A stretch of DNA of 57,435 nt from Candidatus Limnocylindrales bacterium (GTDB taxonomy: Bacteria > Chloroflexota > Limnocylindria > Limnocylindrales > CSP1-4): assembly GCA_038327765.1 (NCBI GenBank), contig JBBQLI010000004.1:1-57435 (forward strand), in the 5' to 3' direction. Each line of letters begins with the position of its first letter. The stretch's first letter is position 1. A program made the position numbers and the translations under genes. Shown here in pieces: positions 49,500 to 57,435 of the stretch. The notes under the pieces were generated by a model. That model was not told where the DNA came from and did no database searches. It worked only from the letters and a program-made list of their open reading frames with translations.

Positions 49500-50027
49500 A
49501 TGCGGATCTACGAGGGCAGTCCTCGCCAGGACTTCGAAGAGGTCTTTCGAAGCATCGGCGCGTTCCTCGACCAGCGCGGGATGAAGGACGTCCTGCTCGT
49601 CGAAGCCCCGGATGGGTTCATCGTCCAGGGCCTCGTGATCTCCGGGACCAGCACCGGCACGTGGAGCGACACGATGGGGACGCTGGTCAAGGAGACGCTG
49701 ACCTTCGTCGACGACGACATCGCCCGCTTCATGGAAGAGGCCGCCGCCCGTCGCGGCCGCGTCCCGCCGCCGCCGGTCCACCACGCGGGTCGGTATGAGA
49801 ACGCATTCCGGGTCATCGGCCGGTACATCGACAGCCAGAAGCCGCAAGACGTGTTCTTCTTCGAACAGGACGGCGCGTTCGTCCTTCGCCTCATGCTTAC
49901 CGGGCAGGGCGGCATCCATCATCAGCTCAGCGAATTCACGCGAGAGGACATCGAAGGACTCGTGGCTCGTGGCCCAAGCCTTCGCTATCCCGAGAAGGCG
50001 GCTGGCGCGGCCACGCCGACCAAGTGA
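49500..50027 (+). CDS. Hypothetical protein with an internal two-fold domain duplication
   Basis: FEEVFRSIGAFLD...DVLLVE..DGFIV resembles YENAFRVIGRYID...DVFFFE..GAFVL; GGAGG RBS; strong codon bias. Confidence 0.85.
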   Translation: MRIYEGSPRQDFEEVFRSIGAFLDQRGMKDVLLVEAPDGFIVQGLVISGTSTGTWSDTMGTLVKETLTFVDDDIARFMEEAAARRGRVPPPPVHHAGRYENAFRVIGRYIDSQKPQDVFFFEQDGAFVLRLMLTGQGGIHHQLSEFTREDIEGLVARGPSLRYPEKAAGAATPTK

Positions 50028-50047
50028 TCGAACACGGAGGTCATGAC

Positions 50048-50203
50048 ATGAAAGCCCTCAAGACCGTTGCCGTCGCCCTCGGGGTGACCCTCGCAGCGCT
50101 GATCGTCATCCCGCTCGCGGTGCTCGCCGGACTGTTCGTCTGGCTGAAGCTGACCGAGGAAGCCGACGAGGAGATCCTCGAGCTCGACGGCGAACGCGCC
50201 TGA
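50048..50203 (+). CDS. Small single-TM protein (51 aa), absent from the ORF track
   Basis: GGAGG at 50036-50040; MKALKTVAVALGVTLAALIVIPLAVLAGLFVWLKLTEEADEEILELDGERA; GC3-rich codons. Confidence 0.75.
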   Translation: MKALKTVAVALGVTLAALIVIPLAVLAGLFVWLKLTEEADEEILELDGERA

Positions 50204-50262
50204 GCGACCCGGCCGGAGACCCCGCGCCCGTCACGCCCGCCGGCCGACCGGCGGGCGTCGAT

Positions 50263-51216
50263 GTGTCCGGGCGTGGTCCGGCAGCAGGGTCCCTGCACGA
50301 GCGATCCGGCGATCGGCGCGTGGCCGAGGCCGGGGTCCTGCTGGTCATGGCGTTCTGGGCGGGCAACTTCATCGCGGTCAAGAGTTCGCTCGACGTCCTG
50401 CCTCCGATCGCCTACACCTTCCTGCGCTTCTCGCTGGCCGCGATCATCCTGCTGGTCGCGCTGCGCTGGCGGGAGGGCACCATCGCGCTGCCGCGCCGGG
50501 AGATCGTGCCGCTCGCACTGCTCGGGATCCTTGGGTTCGGCGTCTACCAGATCCTGTGGACGACGGCACTCGGGCGCATCACGGCGGGCGATTCCGCCGT
50601 CCTCATCGCGACGACTCCGGTCTGGACCGCGCTGATCGCGGTGGCCATCGGGACCGACACGCTGACGCCATCGAAGCTGGCTGGCGCCCTCATCTCGGTG
50701 ACCGGGGTCTTCATCGTGGTCGGCGCCGGGAACGGGTTCGACCTTGCCGGTGAGGGCGTGGGATACCTGGTGACGTTGATCGCGGCCGTCTGTTGGGCCT
50801 GCTACAGCGCGCTCGGCGGGCCGATCCTCCGCCGTCACTCCCCGCTGCGAGCCACGACCTGGGCGACCATCGCGGGCGCCTTGTTCATGGCGGTCCCGGC
50901 CGTGATCCAGCTTTGGAGCGTCGACGTCGCCGAGATCCGACCAACGGTGGTCCTCGCTGTGCTGTATTCGGGGACGCTGGCGGCCGGTTTGGGCAATGTC
51001 CTGGTCCTGCACGGGATCGGTCTGCTGGGTCCCACGCGGGTGACCGCGCTCCAGACCCTGGTGCCCGTCCTGGCCGTCGTGCTGGCCTTCCTCATCCTGC
51101 GCGAGCCGATCCGGCTGGGGCAGATCGTGGGCGGGGCGATCGTCATCGGTGGCGTGGCACTGACCCGGTTCGGGGATCGACGGCCGATACGGCCGGCACG
51201 CGCGGCCAACGCCTGA
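50263..51216 (+). CDS. DMT/EamA family transporter
   Basis: FWAGNFIAVK, FLRF, TTPVWTAL, LVPVLAVVLAFLILREPI; start uncertain. Confidence 0.9.
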   Translation: MSGRGPAAGSLHERSGDRRVAEAGVLLVMAFWAGNFIAVKSSLDVLPPIAYTFLRFSLAAIILLVALRWREGTIALPRREIVPLALLGILGFGVYQILWTTALGRITAGDSAVLIATTPVWTALIAVAIGTDTLTPSKLAGALISVTGVFIVVGAGNGFDLAGEGVGYLVTLIAAVCWACYSALGGPILRRHSPLRATTWATIAGALFMAVPAVIQLWSVDVAEIRPTVVLAVLYSGTLAAGLGNVLVLHGIGLLGPTRVTALQTLVPVLAVVLAFLILREPIRLGQIVGGAIVIGGVALTRFGDRRPIRPARAANA

Positions 51217-51345
51217 TGCGCGCGGCCAACGCCTGATGCGTGAGATCGGCGTGGCGCCTGATGCGGGCGGCAAGCGCCTGACGCGGGCGGCAAGCGCCTG
51301 ATGCGGGCGGCAAGCGCCTGATGCGTGAGGCCCACGCCTGATGGG
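51199..51345 (+). repeat. Seven roughly 20-bp units containing GCCTGA(T/C)G
   Basis: Cores at 51211, 51231, 51256, 51276, 51296, 51316 and 51336. Confidence 0.85.
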
Positions 51346-52153
51346 CGAGATCGGTGTCGCGCCCGCGATCGTTCCCCTCCGGTCCGGGGAGCCGCCGCTT
51401 GCCATCCTCGTGGACTACGACGGCACGGTCGCTTTGACGGATGTCTCGGATGCCGTCATGGCCGAGTTCGTGACCGGCGATTGGGAGGCCGAGGTGGCCG
51501 CCTACGACGCCGGGCGCACCGGGTCGCGCAACCTCATGACGCTCGAGATGGCGATGGTGGACGCAGATCCGGCCGATCTGCTCGCCACAGCGGCGGCCCA
51601 GCCGCATGACGCCGGGTTCGTGTCGTTCGTGCGTCTCGCCGAGGCGGCCGGGATCCCCGTCGAGATCGTGTCGGACGGGTTCGGGTTCTTCATCCCGCCC
51701 GCGCTCGATGCACTCGGGGTAAGCGAGTTGCCAGTGATCACCGCGAACACCACGTTCTCGGGCCGACGGGCGCGCATCGAATTTCCCAATGGCAATCCGA
51801 CATGTCTCGTGTGCGGCACCTGTAAGCGGCAGCGCGTGCTCGATCATCAGGCAGCCGGGCGTGCGGTCGTCTTCATCGGCGACGGCGAAAGTGATCGATA
51901 CGCCGCGGGCTATGCAGACGTGGTGTTCGCGAAGCGGTCATTGGTGCCGATCTGCCTGGAGGCCGGCTGGGCGTTCCGGCGCTGGACCGAGTTCCGCGAG
52001 ATCGAGGCGTGGCTGGAAGGCGTGCTGGCGGCATGGCGGGCCGATCCGTCGACGCTCCAGGGACCCGTGACGCGGCCGCTGTTCTGCGGGCCAGAGCCAT
52101 GGGGACCGGGCCGCGAGGATCCGCCCGCGGGCTACTGGCCGCCCGACCGCTGA
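51341..52153 (+). CDS. HAD-IB family phosphatase (MtnX-like)
   Basis: DYDGTV, VSDGF, CLVCGTCK, IGDGESD..AA..ADVVFAK. Confidence 0.9.
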   Translation: MGEIGVAPAIVPLRSGEPPLAILVDYDGTVALTDVSDAVMAEFVTGDWEAEVAAYDAGRTGSRNLMTLEMAMVDADPADLLATAAAQPHDAGFVSFVRLAEAAGIPVEIVSDGFGFFIPPALDALGVSELPVITANTTFSGRRARIEFPNGNPTCLVCGTCKRQRVLDHQAAGRAVVFIGDGESDRYAAGYADVVFAKRSLVPICLEAGWAFRRWTEFREIEAWLEGVLAAWRADPSTLQGPVTRPLFCGPEPWGPGREDPPAGYWPPDR

Positions 52154-52224
52154 GTCTGCCGCGGGGGCGCCCACTCGCCCCGCGCCCGCGCTTCGATCCG
52201 GAGCGCTCCCCTCGGCCCATCGAC

Positions 52225-52520
52225 GCTGTCCCAGGGTCAGCGATTCAACACATTTTCGTCGAACAACGCCTCCGCGCTGACCCTCAGTCAGCGGATCTGG
52301 ACCCGCAGTGGCACCCCGGTCGTTGGGCGCTGACCCTGGGACAGCGATGGCCTCGAAAAGGTCGATCCTGTTCGACACCTGGCCCCCATCCACCCGGACT
52401 CGCTGACTCCGGGACAGCGACCGACGGTCAGCATTGGCTGCGCACTCGCCCCGCGCCGCGGCTGACTCCGGGACAGCGACCGACGGTCAGCATTGGCTGC
52501 GCACTCGCCCCGCGCCGCTG
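52225..52520. repeat. Five GCTG(A/T)C-N5-G(T/A)CAGC palindromes including a 59-bp direct repeat
   Basis: Palindromes at 52225, 52276, 52329, 52402 and 52461; 52402-52460 is repeated at 52461. Confidence 0.8.
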
Positions 52521-52534
52521 CTGACGAAACATGA

Positions 52535-53122
52535 TCAGCCCCAGCGATCCCAGCGCGCAAACTGATCGAACGGGACCCAGCCGCGCTTGAGGCTGGGTGA
52601 CCGGACGTCCGGCAACGGTCGGCCCACCGGCATCACCCCGATCGGCGTGAAATCGTCGGGGATGCCCAGGTAGGCGCGCAGCGCGTCGATGTCCGGCCCG
52701 ACGAACCCGCACCCGAGCCCGGCATCCACCGCGCCAAGCATGATGTTCTGCATGGTCGCGCCGATATCCACCCACCAGAACGGGACCGGCCACTCGATCT
52801 CCGCCCCGCTCTCGTCGACCTTGTCGGCCTCCCGGTAGCGACGGTGGTAGATCTCCTCGCTCACGCACGGGATGAACTGCGCGGCGCACTCGCTGATCCA
52901 CGGGCCGAAGTCGGCTTCGTACTGCTCCTCACCGCAGATGCGGGCCACGGCCCGGCGCGCCGACGGATCGGTCACGACGATGAGCCGCTGCCCCTGGCTG
53001 AACCCGGCCGACGGCGTCCGCTGGGCGAGCCGCGCGATCCGCTCGATGACTGCGCGATCCACGCCCCCATCCTCGAACCGGCGCACCGCCCTGCGCTTCA
53101 TCACGACCTCGACGAATTCCAT
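52535..53122 (-). CDS. Nitroreductase family protein
   Basis: KRRAVRRF, TPSAGFSQG, DIGATMQNIMLGAVDAGLG; GGAGG RBS. Confidence 0.92.
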   Translation of the reverse strand: MEFVEVVMKRRAVRRFEDGGVDRAVIERIARLAQRTPSAGFSQGQRLIVVTDPSARRAVARICGEEQYEADFGPWISECAAQFIPCVSEEIYHRRYREADKVDESGAEIEWPVPFWWVDIGATMQNIMLGAVDAGLGCGFVGPDIDALRAYLGIPDDFTPIGVMPVGRPLPDVRSPSLKRGWVPFDQFARWDRWG

Positions 53123-53422
53123 CGGCGTCCTCCTCGTCCTGGATCCTGGCGACATACGACTGACGGTCGTGCTTTGCGATGTTGGTGTGCCCCACGGGTG
53201 GATCCAAGGTCGCCCCGAGCACGACTCGAGTGTGTGCGGAGATGGCCTGAGGTCGAATCGACCTAGGGAGCCGCATACCACGACTGCGGGTCGTGGTCGG
53301 CAGCGATGTCACGTGAGCGGGTGGGCCCCGCCGGTCGGAGGGCACCACACAGACGACAGCCCGGCGCCGCTCGCCCCTTTCCCGGTCATTCCGGATTCGA
53401 CTTTAGGGACCCATTTCGATAG

Positions 53423-55171
<1,749 letters not shown>

Positions 55172-55184
55172 CCGGGTGCTCCCG

Positions 55185-55850
55185 ATGAGGCGATCGTCGG
55201 GGATCACGCTCCTCACGATGTTCCTCGGGGCGGCGCTGCTCGGCGCTGCCTGTGGTCCTTCGCCAGTCCTGAGCCCCACGACCTCGACCCCGTCACCGGC
55301 CATCGTGTCGTCCTCACCCTCCGCGGTCGAGCCATCCGGGTCGCCGGACGCGAGTCCGTCCGGCTCGGCAGCCAGCCCGAGCGGCACGCTGCCGGACGCG
55401 ACGCCCACCCCATCGCTCAGCCCGACCGCGACCCCCGCCGCGACCGCACGGCCCACCCCATCGACGGGCGCCAACGTCGGCATCGCCCTCTGCACGAAGC
55501 TGACGGTCACTGAGGTCGCCACTGCGGTCGGCGTCACGCCACTGTCTGCCCGGGTCGAGCCCGGAGATTCAAAGCTCGGGAACTGCACCTACCTTGCCGG
55601 CGACCGCGGTGTCGCGGGCACGAGCTACCTGGTCAGCGGTGGCAGGCAAGTGATGAGCGTCGTCGCTGGTGAGGGCGTTGTCGTAGCGGGTCTCGCCGAC
55701 CAGGGGGTCTGGGTCCCGGCTACCCAGACGCTCTACGTCCGGAAGGGCGACAGCGTCATGACGATCAAGCTGACCCCCACCATCGTCCCCGCGGATCAGG
55801 TCAAGGCGAAGACCGTCCAGCTGGGGAGGCTCGCTGCACCACGGTTGTGA
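55185..55850 (+). CDS. Putative lipoprotein with Ser/Pro/Thr linker
   Basis: Signal peptide with lipobox LGAA-C; low-complexity linker; C-terminal domain with two Cys. Confidence 0.75.
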   Translation: MRRSSGITLLTMFLGAALLGAACGPSPVLSPTTSTPSPAIVSSSPSAVEPSGSPDASPSGSAASPSGTLPDATPTPSLSPTATPAATARPTPSTGANVGIALCTKLTVTEVATAVGVTPLSARVEPGDSKLGNCTYLAGDRGVAGTSYLVSGGRQVMSVVAGEGVVVAGLADQGVWVPATQTLYVRKGDSVMTIKLTPTIVPADQVKAKTVQLGRLAAPRL

Positions 55851-55938
55851 TGGCCCTGTCCAGCACCGTAATCCCATCGCCCGACGGCGCAGCGTAGAAT
55901 CCACCGACATTCCCCCTCCCACCCGGAGCTCCTGACCG

Positions 55939-56601
55939 ATGAAGATCTTCCTGGACACTGCCGACATCGAAGAGATCAAGATCGCCGCCCGCTGGGGCGT
56001 GCTCGATGGCGTCACGACGAACCCCACCCTCTACGCCAAGGTCGGCGGCTCGTACGACGAGATCCTCAAGGAGGTCTGCAAGATCACGTCGGGACCGGTC
56101 TCGGCCGAGGTGATCGCCGACGACGTCGACGGCATGCTCGAGGAAGGCCGCCACTTCGCGAAGATCGCGCCGAACATCGTGGTCAAGGTGGCGATGAGCG
56201 AGAACGGGCTCGAGGCGATCAATCGCTTCGCCGAAGAGGGCATCAAGACCAACTGCACCCTGATCTTTACGGCGAACCAGGGGCTCCTGGCGGCGAAGGC
56301 CGGGGCGAGCCTCCTCTCGCCGTTCGTCGGTCGGCTCGACGACATCAACCAGGACGGGATGATCGTCATCCGCGAGCTGGCCGAGATCATCGCGATCCAC
56401 GAACTCGATACCGAGGTCCTTGCGGCCTCGATCCGCAATCCGCTCCACATGACCCAGGCCGCCTTGGCGGGCGCGCATGTGGCGACCGTTCCGTTCAAGA
56501 TCCTCCAGCAGATGGTCCATCACCCGCTGACCGACAAGGGCATCGTCCAGTTCAAGAAGGATTGGGCCAGCGCGCGTGCCGAGGCCGCCGCGAAGTCCTG
56601 A
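55939..56601 (+). CDS. fsa: Transaldolase / fructose-6-phosphate aldolase family
   Basis: MKIFLDTA, GVTTNPT, GPVSAEV, VVKV, NCTLIF, SPFVGRLDD, ASIR, HPLTDKG. Confidence 0.95.
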   Translation: MKIFLDTADIEEIKIAARWGVLDGVTTNPTLYAKVGGSYDEILKEVCKITSGPVSAEVIADDVDGMLEEGRHFAKIAPNIVVKVAMSENGLEAINRFAEEGIKTNCTLIFTANQGLLAAKAGASLLSPFVGRLDDINQDGMIVIRELAEIIAIHELDTEVLAASIRNPLHMTQAALAGAHVATVPFKILQQMVHHPLTDKGIVQFKKDWASARAEAAAKS

Positions 56602-57154
56602 GTCGCTCGCGCCGGACCACCTCGCATGCGCCGCGGCACGTCGTCCGCGGCGCGATTTCCGGCAGATGTCCGCCACGTGGGCGTTCGTCACGAGCCAGCG
56701 TCGCCCTGACCCACGTCTGAGCGTGGCGCACCGCCGCGTTCCTGACAGGCGTCCCCCTTGAGATACATCTGGCAGGGATCTGCTGACCAACGCCCGCCTC
56801 AGTGACATTTGCCGGAAATGTGGTGTCCATCGTGACTTCGAGGCCGCCGTCGGGCTCGTATTCGACGGTCAGCATCCGCTCCTCGCTGAGATCCCGTCGG
56901 TGGTCGGTGCAGTCGAAGACAGTGGCGTGCCGCCCCGACCGAGCTCTCCGGGCGGGCGTCGACCATCGGCCGCATCGATCGGCGCGTCCAGGCATTTTGC
57001 TGACTCTGGCGCCGGCAGTCCTGGATCACTCACGACGCCAGGCGACCGGCGAAACGGGGTTCCTCCGTCGAGTGGAACATGGCGGAGACCAGACGTCGGC
57101 TGAAACACCCGCCAGACCGGTTCCGACGCCGGTCGGCGCTCCACGGGATCCACG

Positions 57155-57205
57155 GCCGGTGCTCGGGCCAGGCACAGCCGGTGCTCGGGCCAGGCACAGC
57201 CGGTG
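57155..57205. repeat. 22-bp tandem repeat
   Basis: GCCGGTGCTCGGGCCAGGCACA twice plus a partial copy. Confidence 0.75.
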
Positions 57206-57210
57206 ATCGG

Positions 57211-57435
<225 letters not shown>

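Noticed and set aside
51211-51345. Enterobacterial REP/BIME (GCCTGATGCG core)
   Set aside because: Shares only the 10-mer; units are direct, non-palindromic and explained by duplication of the local gene junction.
52225-52520. Possible CRISPR mini-array
   Set aside because: Irregular spacing (51, 53, 73, 59), mixed orientation and a duplicated spacer.
56552-57206. ORFs downstream of the transaldolase
   Set aside because: No motif, RBS or consistent codon bias; cannot be supported.

Overview
High-GC bacterial chromosomal segment with about 55 genes. Gene content is compatible with Chloroflexota or Actinobacteria-like soil bacteria; this is inference, not a database result. 1-11.3 kb is a selenium/formate island. 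It holds a UGA-recoded (Sec) formate dehydrogenase alpha subunit with a SECIS hairpin (truncated at the window edge), an operon for a ferredoxin-GltD-type Fe-S flavoprotein plus two paralogous unknown membrane proteins, a NarX/NarL-type two-component system downstream of selD, and divergent selC-selA-selB-mobA. The middle region carries hydrolases, transporters, an SbcD/SbcC(YhaN)-like pair, a stand-alone Pnkp-like kinase, a photolyase, and a candidate 6S RNA next to DnaA-box-like motifs. Next come citrate synthase and a pentose-phosphate cluster (tkt, rpiB, pgi, zwf, opcA, pgl) interrupted by a RES/Xre toxin-antitoxin module, followed by pfkB/psuG, an ABC-2 exporter, pyrG and a transaldolase. 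The most notable signals are the unknown membrane redox operon, pervasive leaderless promoter architecture, a chain of TGATG-coupled mini-ORFs, a probable non-AUG start, and families of intergenic palindromic repeats. I recognised no CRISPR array, transposase or integrase. The last ~225 nt look like a sequencing artefact. All calls come from reading motifs by eye; no searches were run.
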